A stretch of 64,000 nt of DNA from Paraspadella gotoi (GCA_051294375.1 CM119271.1:6883632-6947631); one strand, 5' to 3'; positions 1 to 9,943 are shown, counted from the first letter of the stretch. The notes: a model not told the origin generated them from the letters alone. Numbers and translations are program-made.

Positions 1-361
1 GATCGCGCACCTCCTCGTTCCCTTTGGCGATATCCTCGCGCGGGGCATTGTACTTGCGTTGCCACTCGAACTTAACCTCTGCCTGGCCGAGGGCGGCGGC
101 CTCTTTGGCCTCTAAGTCCTGTTTCCGCGCCCCGGGCGGAGGTTCATACATGAAGGAGAGGCCAAGTTTAGCCTTTTCGTTACCGAGCAGCTGCTTGTTC
201 TGAAACAATTCCTGTTCACGCGCGTATTGTGACCGAAGATCCGCCTCTTTTTGCTCCCGCAGCTTCTTCTCCTCCTCTTTCATCCATATTCTCTTTTGGT
301 TGTCACGATTGGCAGGATGAAAATCCTTTTTCATCATAAAGTTCTCGAATCCCTTCCCCAT
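1..361 (-). CDS. CIR1: Corepressor interacting with RBPJ 1 (CIR1), 5' part; runs off window start
   Basis: Manual translation from ATG at 361: MGKGFENFMMKKDFHPANRDNQKRIWMKEEEK...KLGLSFMYEPPPG...KFEWQRKYNAPRE, matching the Cir_N domain and the CIR1 KFEWQR motif. Not in the ORF track. Confidence 0.9.
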   Translation of the reverse strand, partial: MGKGFENFMMKKDFHPANRDNQKRIWMKEEEKKLREQKEADLRSQYAREQELFQNKQLLGNEKAKLGLSFMYEPPPGARKQDLEAKEAAALGQAEVKFEWQRKYNAPREDIAKGNEEVRD

Positions 362-577
362 CTTGGCGGTTCGGGTTGCGTCTTTTTGAAAACGAATAAA
401 ACTTGCTAAATGAAAATAAAATGTCAATATCATGAGCAATTGCTTATATCAACATTGGTTACAGAATGCATATATGTTTATGCAAGCAAATGAAGAAAAA
501 ACTATCGGCTAAAAATCTAAATAACATTTTCTTTTCTACGACATGAAAATTGTCCACATCACGCAGAAGTCCGGCGG

Positions 578-1600
578 TCAATGGCCTCCAATCGGGGGTA
601 TCTCGCCTCCCCACTGAGCACAAAGGGTCACGTAGACGTATGCCTGGATGAGGCAGACGGCCAACTCAAGGCCCATGAACGCCGTTTGGGCGAGGAACAA
701 AATGGGACCTCCGATCATCCCACAATTCTCGATTCCCTCAGAACAAAGTGCCAGCAACACATGACCCGCCGTCATGTTGGCCCCGAGACGAACGGTCAGC
801 GTCAGAGGTCTAATCAACAGGGAAATGCTCTCGATCAGAACCATGGCAGGCATTAGAACGCCGGGGGTTCCCACAGGTACCAAGTGAGCGAGCATATCTT
901 TCGGCGTATGGGCCCATCCGTGGATGAGTTGGGCCGACCAAACGCAGACTGAAAGACAAGGAAGGACTGGAAGAATCAGGGCCACCGGCGCGGAAGTCAT
1001 TGGGACGATGTAAGGAATGAGACCGGCGAGATTGAGAATAGCTATGGAGAGCATCAGAGGCGGGAGAGGAGATAGGGCTAATTGCGTCTTTCTCTTGGCA
1101 TCGAATGCAGAATCCGTCCAGAGGTCCCAAATATTATCGCCGTAGCCTTTGACGACGGCATTGTAAGCGTGACCGTTGCCGCCCAAGAAGATAAAGCTGC
1201 TGTGCGGATGATTCTTGGGAAGTCGCCCAAAAAGGAGTTTCATCTTGTCTTTTGACTTTTCCTCGTAGCCGATCATAGGCTGAAGCTGATCTGGACCCGT
1301 CTGTATCATTAAAATCTTTGGCAAAAATATAACGCTGCCAACGGAAAGAGCGTAAAGGAGACCGGTGGTCCCAACTGGATCGAATCCCATGAAGATGGTC
1401 CTCCTCTGCCGGACAATGCAATTGAGCCCAAAGCGACTATCCCCTAGCAAAAATTTTCTGTTGGTAGCAAACCTTTCTAACTTTTGACTTAAATAGGACA
1501 ATGACCCATAAGCCTTTTGGCAAGTTCTAAACTGATAACTGTTAACGACGTTAAAAAGTCCGATTTTTCCCGCTAAAGCTCTGCCCGCAATGGTTGCCAT
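578..1600 (-). CDS. ATP6: Nuclear-encoded mitochondrial ATP synthase Fo subunit a (ATP6), copy A, with ~68-aa N-terminal presequence-like leader
   Basis: 340-aa intronless ORF in the standard code. Subunit a signature AHLVPVGTP..LMPAMVLIESISLLIRPLTLTVRLGANMTAGHVLL...LELAVCLIQAYVY with the essential Arg and Gln. IFMGFDP corresponds to the invertebrate ATP6 N-terminal LFSxFDP motif. Confidence 0.95.
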   Translation of the reverse strand: MATIAGRALAGKIGLFNVVNSYQFRTCQKAYGSLSYLSQKLERFATNRKFLLGDSRFGLNCIVRQRRTIFMGFDPVGTTGLLYALSVGSVIFLPKILMIQTGPDQLQPMIGYEEKSKDKMKLLFGRLPKNHPHSSFIFLGGNGHAYNAVVKGYGDNIWDLWTDSAFDAKRKTQLALSPLPPLMLSIAILNLAGLIPYIVPMTSAPVALILPVLPCLSVCVWSAQLIHGWAHTPKDMLAHLVPVGTPGVLMPAMVLIESISLLIRPLTLTVRLGANMTAGHVLLALCSEGIENCGMIGGPILFLAQTAFMGLELAVCLIQAYVYVTLCAQWGGEIPPIGGH

Positions 1601-1779
1601 TTTTCGAAAATCAATTAATTAAAAATCTGCAAATAAAAAGAAGACATTTTTATACAAACTCATACGATAATCTAAATTTGATATCATGATTAAAGTATTT
1701 TAAAAGCTTAACCAACACTTCATAAATGCTACAGTTGGGTACACTTCTTATATTTAAAAATAAAAGTTAGTGACTTTTT

Positions 1780-2790
1780 TTAGTGTCCACCCTCTGGGGG
1801 AATCTCTCCGCCCCATTGCGCGCAAAGGGTGACATAAACATAGGCTTGGATCATGCAAACGGCCAGCTCGAGTCCCATGAACGCCGTTTGCGCCACGAAG
1901 CCCAAAGCGCCGCCGATCATCCCGCCGTGCTCTATGCCCTCGGAGCAGAGAGCCAGAAGAACGTGACCGGCCGTCATATTCGCCCCGAGACGCACGGTCA
2001 GCGTCAAAGGGCGAATGAGTTGGGAGATGGTCTCGATGAGGACCATCGCGGGCATCAGAGGTCCCGGTGTGCCGACGGGGACCAAGTGGGCCAGCATGTC
2101 CTTGGGCGTCTGGCTCCATCCGTGAATGAGCTGCGAGGACCAGATACAGACGGAGAGACATGGCAGGACCGGAAGGATGAGGGCCACCGGTGCAGAGGTC
2201 ATAGGAACCATGTAGGGAATTAATCCCGCCAGATTAAGAACCATGATAGAGACCATCAGCGGAGGCAGAGGAGCCAGGGCCAGTTGGGTTTTCCTCTTGG
2301 CGTCAAAGGCGGACGCGTCCCAAAGATCCCAAATTCCTTTTCCATAACCATCGACCAAAGTGTTGTAGGCGTGACCGTTGCCGCCCATGAATATGAAGCT
2401 CCCGTGGGCGTGATTTTTCGGGAGTCGGCCGAATAAGAGGCGCTTGGTGGCCTCCTTCGGCGATTCGTCGTAACCGGAGAGGGGGTGAACCCTGTCAGGG
2501 CCGGTCTGAGCGGTCACCAATTTGGGCAGAAAGAGGACGCTTCCAACGGACAGAGCGTAGAGCATCCCGGTCGTTCCGACGGGGTCAAAACCCATGAAGA
2601 TGGAACGCTTTTGATCCAAAGTAAGCTCGTTCAAGAGTTTTCCGTTGACGTTGGTTTTCGAGTTGAGCTTCATTTGTCCCACGAAGCTCAGCGATGCGAA
2701 GGATTTCTCCAAAGTTTTCATTTGATACCCAGCGTTGAAGCCTTTCAGCAAAGATGGTTTTGCCAAAAGCATCCTCAATGTGGAAGCCAT
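1780..2790 (-). CDS. ATP6: Nuclear-encoded mitochondrial ATP synthase Fo subunit a (ATP6), copy B, with ~63-aa N-terminal presequence-like leader
   Basis: 336-aa intronless ORF and tandem paralog of 578..1600, with the same motifs (IETISQLIRPLTLTVRLGANMTAGH; LELAVCMIQAYVY). Confidence 0.95.
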   Translation of the reverse strand: MASTLRMLLAKPSLLKGFNAGYQMKTLEKSFASLSFVGQMKLNSKTNVNGKLLNELTLDQKRSIFMGFDPVGTTGMLYALSVGSVLFLPKLVTAQTGPDRVHPLSGYDESPKEATKRLLFGRLPKNHAHGSFIFMGGNGHAYNTLVDGYGKGIWDLWDASAFDAKRKTQLALAPLPPLMVSIMVLNLAGLIPYMVPMTSAPVALILPVLPCLSVCIWSSQLIHGWSQTPKDMLAHLVPVGTPGPLMPAMVLIETISQLIRPLTLTVRLGANMTAGHVLLALCSEGIEHGGMIGGALGFVAQTAFMGLELAVCMIQAYVYVTLCAQWGGEIPPEGGH

Positions 2791-3001
2791 TTTTATATAT
2801 TACGAAGAAGTGTTTGAATCTTATCTGAAAATTAGTAAAACAAAATAATAAAATCTGTAAATGAACTACTAAGTTTAATTAAGACTTAAGAAAATCAAAA
2901 ATATAAAAATGATTATTGAATAACTAAGATTAAAAGCAGAGTAAAACTAATGACCCCACACAAATGAATGGTTTTAAAGTCTAAACCAAACAAAAATAGT
3001 T

Positions 3002-3449
3002 TTATTTTTTAACATTATCACTGGAATATTCAGTGCACAATAAATATCCAAGACCTAAAAAACATGTGACCGGTGGAAGGAAAGAAAGCATTTCCATGCC
3101 AATGGAGTGTAGTGTATGACAAGCGCCAATCATGATTGTCATCAGTAAAAGTGATGCAATACGCTTAGTGGTAAGCGAACATTTCGTTAGTAATAAATAA
3201 CCACCGACAGCCTCAGCGACGCCGACACTAAAAGAAAATCTCAATTATCGATGGGTCTGATTTTGATTTTCTTCAATTACATCACCTGCGTAATAACAAG
3301 CAACTCGGTGGCTTCAATCCGAATGGAAAATGTTCCGCAAACACATCGAACTGTTCGCCCATGGGGGAATAAGGAATGACTTTTAAAGATCCAGCCAGTA
3401 CATAAACAGCCCCTAACGCAAATTCTAACGTCTTGTTGCTATTTACCAT
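3002..3449 (-). CDS. TMEM35/NACHO-like (DoxX-family) small membrane protein, 2 exons
   Basis: ATG at 3449 and a 58-nt GT-AG intron at 3228..3285 join MVNSNKTLEFALGAVYVLAGSLKV...FDVFAEHFP...LLRS to VGVAEAVGGYLLL...IASLLLMTIMIGACHTL. The G..E..GG.LL and MIGA..T pattern fits DoxX/TMEM35. Confidence 0.7.
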
Positions 3450-3655
3450 TCTGTGACAAACAATCAAATAAATTGAAAGATGACTCCAATGACGAAAATG
3501 CCAGTTAATATGAATGTTAAAAAAGTCGCTGGGGGGGTGTTTATTTTTAATTTAATTTCATTACCAAAGCTTCTGTAGTCTTTTATAGATCTTTCTGATC
3601 ACTTTTAAAGAGTTCAGTAGTTTTATCCGAAGGCATTAGTTGGTGTTTTTTTTTT

Positions 3656-3980
3656 TCACGCTACGGACCACGGGGGGACCATGGGTTGAGGGTTCTGAAG
3701 GTACGACATCACGACGGCGGAGATGGACAACATGAAGCTCGATAATAACTGTTTCGTATCTTCGGACCCCGAGAATTGGGCAAATCCAATGACGGAACAA
3801 AATATCGCGACCCACGCCGCCCACTTGACTTTCATCATGAGGCCGCATATACTGAAGATCATTCCCAACAAATTCATGTAGTCCGGAGTGGATCCTCCAT
3901 TGGACCGGAATCGGAAGGCGGGGGTTGGAAACGATGAATGTTACCGGGACGTCGGGGATCGTTTGATTATTGACGGACAT
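3656..3980 (-). CDS. WDR83OS: PAT complex subunit Asterix (WDR83OS); two apparent 1-nt frameshifts in the 5' part
   Basis: [28 protein letters not shown]...[32 protein letters not shown] is diagnostic. The N-terminus MSVNNQ / [24 protein letters not shown] / TPDYM is split over three frames. Confidence 0.85.
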
Positions 3981-4177
3981 TTTTTTTAATCTCTCTTCAA
4001 ATAATTAATGCTTTGTTAATACAATTAAATCTGTTAAAAAAAAAGGGAAAGTGATTAAGATTTAATCAAGATTAACTTCAATTTAAAAATAGCGGTCATT
4101 TGATTATTCTTAAACGTAACTTTAGATAATTACCAATCATTAATTACACAGCTTTTCCTCGTCAATTTTAAGAAAAT

Positions 4178-6707
4178 TATTTAGAGAATGACAAAGTTTT
4201 TTGTATGCAACGAATTTTATTTACTAGTTGAAACAGACATCGTTCGACTTGTTTTACCAAGTCTTCATTGCCAGCGTTTTTTTTTTTTTTTTTTTCAGAA
4301 AAAACGCCTGATAGAAGGACTTAGTAAAACAAGTCGAAACATGCGATCTCAACTATACACGCCGGCATCACGCATAAAACCGGGGTAAATCTTTTCGGCA
4401 ATCGAGTAACAAAAAGATCTTTCGAATCTTCTTCTACCGTTTTTTTCAATTTCAGATTTTCTTTTCAGGATTTCTTTTTTCTATTTTTTTCCTGTAGATT
4501 TTTTTTTTAAAAGAATTAATTACTAATTACTAATGGCTTTTTATTAAATAATCTATGGTTTCCGCATACAAATCGTGTCTTTTAGACAACGAAATCTGGA
4601 ACTTCAATAATTACCATATTTCTTGATCTCATTCGTTAGTACGAAGCTTTCTTCATTTAAAAAAACGTGTCTTCAAGTTATCTCCTTCTTATCACTTCGA
4701 ACTTCCCATGTAAATTCATGAGTTAAAAAACTACGGTAAGACATGATTTCTTCAATGCTTGTCAATCTAATCTCATTAACTGCTTAATTTAGAAAAAAGT
4801 ATGCTTGAATTTATGGTACAGATTGATTTAAAGAATCGAATTCCTTATAAGAATCCTCATGTTCTTTTAACTAACACAAAGATTTTAGGTAAGGACGCCA
4901 CATTAATCTGCATACAATTTTTTTTTTCTTTCATACGCTCTTTCCTGATAATTTTTCTTCACCTTCTTTTTTCTTCTCTTACTTTATATTTTCCTTCTTC
5001 CTCTTTCCTCCCTTACTTCTCACGCTGTCACTTACCATTTTTGCCCTACCTTTTTCGGTCACTCATGCACTTTCCTCACCTTTTCTCATTTTCATTCTTC
5101 CCTTTTTTCCCCTCTTTTTTCTTTCAATTTTCCCCTCCTTTCTTACCTTAATTGTTTCACTATTTCCCCATTTGCCTTCGTTTTTTGCCTCTCACCCTCT
5201 CTTTCATTCTCTCCCCTTCTCTTTATAGTTTTCCCTTTCGTCTTCAACTGTCACTACATTTACATTGAGCCAAATCAAAGAAATTCTTAATAAGCATTAT
5301 AAGAAAGAAAATGAATGTAGCGCTATGAATTTTTCTTTTTCAATTTTGCGTTGCCTAAAGCAAATTTAGGTAAATCGACAATTTTGCGAAAATTTTTCCG
5401 CAAAATCTCTGGTCGATTTTGCAGAAAAACAAGTCCTGATGCTTTCCAGTGGATTAAAAGGATGCGGTTTTTTTGATTAATCAAGGTCAGTATGTACCTC
5501 ATCTTTAAAACTAATAAAATGAGATTTGGAAAATATTCTCTTTATCAAAATAAATGCAAGTACAAAAAAGTCACAAATAAAAGACGTCTTTAAAAATTAT
5601 TTGTGGCTAAACCAGAAAAGTTTTTTTTTGATAATTTTATAGGTGTTAAAAGCTTATTCAATAGGCTACATTTTCTGTTAATTTCAACCAATTTGATGTA
5701 TTTTTGTTTTTAACAAATTATGATAAAGACTGGAAAACTCCAACTTTTTGACTTGATAACTGTTAAAATTTAATTTATAGCAACACTATAAATGATTTTA
5801 AGCTTAATAAATTACCCAGAGGTAAAGAAGTATAAGAAAGAACTGATTTCCAAAGTAAAAAATTTTTTCTCAACTTTCCTTGGCCATTCAAATCAGAAGT
5901 CGTAAGTAAAAAATGGACCAAAATGGCACATAATTTTTTTGGCTAAAAATTGCCAAAATGGTACTATTATCATTAGAAATGCGGTGGAGATGTTTTTAAC
6001 CAATCCTTTCGTTCGGCTATTTGTGTCTTGGTACAAAGTTAATAACATTGTAAGTAACAAACTGAACAATAGTGGAAAGAGTTCGTTTTTTTCCTAAATG
6101 CAACGTTTGCTTACGCGGAACCCTATACAAAATATCGAGAATGGTTTATTTCTTTAAACCTTTCATTCAAAATTCAAGTCATTGCTATGGTAAGAAAGAA
6201 AGAATAAGAGGAGGATGAAGCAGATGAGTAGGGTGAAAATCAGAGAGAGAGAGAGAGAGAAAAGAAGAGAGAGGTCGCGTGTTGATGCTGCCACAAGAGT
6301 TAGGCAATCTTTGCAGGTATAGTTGGCGCGGTCAAAACCAGAGTCATCAGAATATTCGGAGAATCTAAAATTTATGGTAAAAAAGCAGATAAATCAAAAA
6401 AAAAAGTAAAATCAGTTAAATTCTGTCAAGAAATTCTTTCAAGAAGACTGTTCTTCATTTGTGCGGGCCATACCGTGAGACATTTCCATGAATTTCAGTA
6501 ACGAGTTGAAGGTCTTTTCATCCTCTTGAATTCGCCGTATGCGAAAAAAAATTTGTCAGGGAAAATTAATAATACGAAAAAAGATAACTTAATTCGCGAA
6601 TTCCCAACTCGGTAAACGATAAAACTATTCTTTTTCGGTTTTACCCCGTTTTATGCGTGAGGCGCAATAAAATCGTTGCAAACAAAAACTTTGTCAATTC
6701 TCTAATT
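4178..6707. mobile_element. Decayed non-autonomous DNA transposon with imperfect terminal inverted repeats
   Basis: 4178..4221 (ttagagaatgacaaagttttttgtatgcaacgaattttatt) is the reverse complement of 6666..6707. 4368..4390 (tcacgcataaaaccggggtaaa) is the reverse complement of about 6639..6660. No transposase ORF inside. Confidence 0.65.
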
Positions 6708-6767
6708 ATAGTAACAACGAAAAAGAAAGGATTACTTCAATATAAGAAATTATTCAAACGTAATATT

Positions 6768-8490
6768 TTAATTTTTAAAAACTCCCACCACATCGCTACA
6801 TCCATTATCAAAAAAATTTAGACGAAAATGCCTGAAACTTCTCAAAGTCTCAACGACGAAAGTCTTCCATTCACCGCCCCGCCACGATCCGGGTTCGTTC
6901 CGCATAATCGTCACCCACTCGTCCTCTTCACTCAACTTTCCATCGAGACTGATTTTGGACGGGGCGTTGTCCACGTGACGAGTCGCTCTAATCTCAACGA
7001 AAAGTATTTTCTGTGGGGCGGTGAAAGGATCTAACTATCCACTCGTGAAAGGGCCGACCCTTCAACTTGGCGCTGATCCACTTGCTTCCTTCTTCGGCGG
7101 AGAAAGCGTTTTCCGGCCTTGTGTATTGACTAAGAAAGGAGCTGGCAAAAACACCGGAGTATCCTTCCTCCACGGCCCCGATCTCCTGACGAAACTGGAA
7201 AGGTATGAACTCCCTAGAATTGACGAGAGTGGTGGAAGATCAGTCATCCATGCGGAATCCCCTCCTGAATCGTAATCAATAAATCTCTTCGTCATCTGAG
7301 ACGTAAACAACGCGGTGGCGTCGGAGGTCTCAACAAAAGTCACGCCACTCAAACTGTGAATGCGATAGGCCGTTTCCAAGTCGACGCGTCTCCCACGGTT
7401 AAGAAATCAACGGTAGAGCCCCAAGTTTCCGACGAAGAGACACGTCGGTCTCTGAGTCAAAAGGCACACCGGTTAGATCACGAATAACAACGGCTTCGTC
7501 AAGAATTTCCAAATCCAAGGATTTAAATGCTCTGGTAACCTTCTCGCGCGTCAAATCAACGATTTTTTCGCGAGCATAGACCTTTGTGTCTAATTTTATC
7601 ACAGAGTCGATCCAACATACGTGTTTCCAGCACATCGCCTTTTCTGACACACAAAACATGTCTACGAAGCAGTCCATGCGGTTGGAGAACAGTCTTTGGA
7701 GATCCTCGTCCTGAGTTTTTTTGAATAACTTTTGCATACTCACCAGGAAATCGTCTTCGGCGTAAGAGAGCACATGCTGCACCGCTTTTACTAATTGATC
7801 CTGCTTTTCGAATCCTTTGGCTTGAGACAAAGTCGATGCGAAAAAGCGATGGAGTTGAACTTCCATTTCGAAGGCCGAGAGCAAAAGTCTCATGCGATCG
7901 GAATGGAACGTTCCTTTCCCAAAGGCGTTGTTCAATTCCATCTCCAGAAACTGAGCTATTTGGGGAAGCGCCTTTAATTTTCTCAAAAAATAAAAACATT
8001 CTTCGATCGTCGGAATAAACAAATTCCGGAATGACGTCTGCGATTGCTTATTCAGAAAGAGCATCACGACGGTGATCAATATCAATTCTATAGCTTCCGC
8101 TTTGTCTGTTGCTTTGGAGACGACACCGAGCGCAACGATGGCTTCTTTTTTGGCATTTTCCAATTCGTGAGTAGCGGACTCATCATTAATGTCGTGTCCA
8201 AGTCGAATTCTATAGCCAAAAAATAGTTGTTTTTTTTCAACGAAAATTATGATTACAATTTTGCTCAAAAAGGAAACTCATTTTGGTTATCACCTCGCCA
8301 GGTCAAAATGAATCTGAGCCGCTTTTAGCTCTTTCGCTCTCAAGGCGTCGACTCCTCGCTGCAAGGTCTCGAGTTGAGGTTGAAACTTGGAAGCCCACTC
8401 TTCCTTCAAAAGTTTAGACGCGAGCTTCGCAGTAGCGAAAGAGACGACGACAATTAAAGGTTTGGCGGCGACTTTGGCCGCTACTTCCAT
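6768..8490 (-). CDS. Uncharacterized protein: helical N-terminal region plus C-terminal F5/8 type C (discoidin/galactose-binding-like) domain; frame disrupted in the 3' half
   Basis: Exon 1 from 8490 (MEVAAK...) splices to the long ORF ending at 7399. Downstream frames give FASSFLSQYTRPENAFSAEEGSKWIS..PFHEWIVRSF / TAPQKILFVEIRATRHVDNAPSKISLDG...EWVTI...WKTF...RSFRHFRLNF, which resembles F5/8C. At least 3 frameshifts are needed to join them. Confidence 0.5.
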
Positions 8491-8616
8491 AAGACCCGTA
8501 GATCTCCATTTAGAAAAAAAAAGTTAATATTTTTAAAATAAATATCACAGAAAGTAGTCAGGCGAAAGGGAATGAAAATAAAGAAAACATAAATAATCGT
8601 TCTAAATTCATCGGTG

Positions 8617-9943
8617 TCACAAATCAAGGCACTGTAATTCTTGGGTCAAAATATGAACGTCTTCTTCAGCGGCGTCGACGTTCTCCCCACACACTTTCCG
8701 CTTGTTCCTTTCGCTCTGCTTGGCCTTTTTTAATTCCCGCTTCTCCCGCCGTTTCTGCTTGGTAGATTTAACTTTGGACCTTGCCAATTCCGGGCGGCTC
8801 ATTCGCGTCCTTGGGCGCGCCCCTTCCAGTTCGCCGAGGGGTTCAGAAACGCAGCGGGAGGAATCTTCATTGTCCATTCCATGATATTTTTCCTCGTCTT
8901 GCTTTTCCTCTTCGTCTTGCTTTTCCTCTTCGTCCTCCTTATCATCTTCGGCCAAAGCGCCCAACGCGAACATCTGCACAACAGCGCTGACATCATAGTT
9001 GTTTTCCGCCAAAAGACTCTCGACCCGAGTTCGATCGGCGATGCCGGTAGCGCCAACAACCTCAGCAACGAGCGCGTCCAACTCGTCGACGGGACACGCG
9101 CATGCTACAGCGTTCTCCTCTTCTGGCTTCGTGTTATGCAGAAACGAATTGTCTTCCTTACTTTGTGGCGAAACGGTATTTCCGCAAACAATCGACGCTG
9201 GATTATTGGAATGGTCGCCCAGCTTTCTGACCGAGTTATAATGTTCACCGTTGTGATAAGAAAGATGAATTTGACGAAACTTCCTGCCCTAATTTAAATA
9301 AAAAAACAAATTAATGCGAATAATTTCAATTTAAAAACTTATTTAGTAGGCTCACGTTTTCTTGATAATTCTCAGAAATCTGCCAGACTGGTTGCCCCGC
9401 CTGATGTATCGCGATGCCGATAGCTTGGCCTCGCGCCAGTGCGACCAACGCATCGTTGCCCGCAAAGGTTCCGGGCTTCCGTAAGTTGGCAAGATGACGG
9501 TCGAAAGTGAGTTCATCCTCGACGAAAGGTTCAAAGTCTGCCCGAAAGCGTTCCATGTAATCGGCGGTGGCATCCCGGTAGTGAAGATGATTCCGACTAT
9601 TCCCTAGCGCGTTTGATTAGTTTCGTGACAAAACGACCGCGGATGAAAATCATTTTTAAGCGAACTGAACTTACCCTCAAGCTGATCGCTGACGGCGCGA
9701 AAAAGACAATTACCATCACCTGGAATTTGGCGTATTTGAAGACCTAAATAACGCCTAATTATTTTTAAATTCAATTGAAATACCTAAGCAAAATACATAA
9801 ATGATTCCGAAACCTAAAAGCGCCAACTGATGCGATAGAGATGTTGTGTCGTCAGCGTCCTTTCGCTCGACCGCCTCCGCCGCAAGACGGCGAGCTTTCT
9901 TATGGTCCGCCTTTGTCTGACGTTCTTCCTTTTTTCTACCCAT
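8617..9943 (-). CDS. OTUD3: OTU domain deubiquitinase OTUD3, 4 exons
   Basis: [18 protein letters not shown] catalytic Cys motif, [35 protein letters not shown] His motif, UBA-like segment and basic C-terminal tail. Confidence 0.9.

Noticed and set aside
578-2790. ATP6 copies as NUMTs (dead mitochondrial insertions) or bacterial atpB contamination
   Set aside because: Both are open in the standard code and have added leaders and upstream acceptors. No adjacent mt genes or bacterial atp operon genes are present, and the flanks are intron-containing animal genes.
4801-5151. 116-aa Phe/Ser/Pro-rich ORF
   Set aside because: Translation of a polypyrimidine low-complexity tract inside a repeat element.
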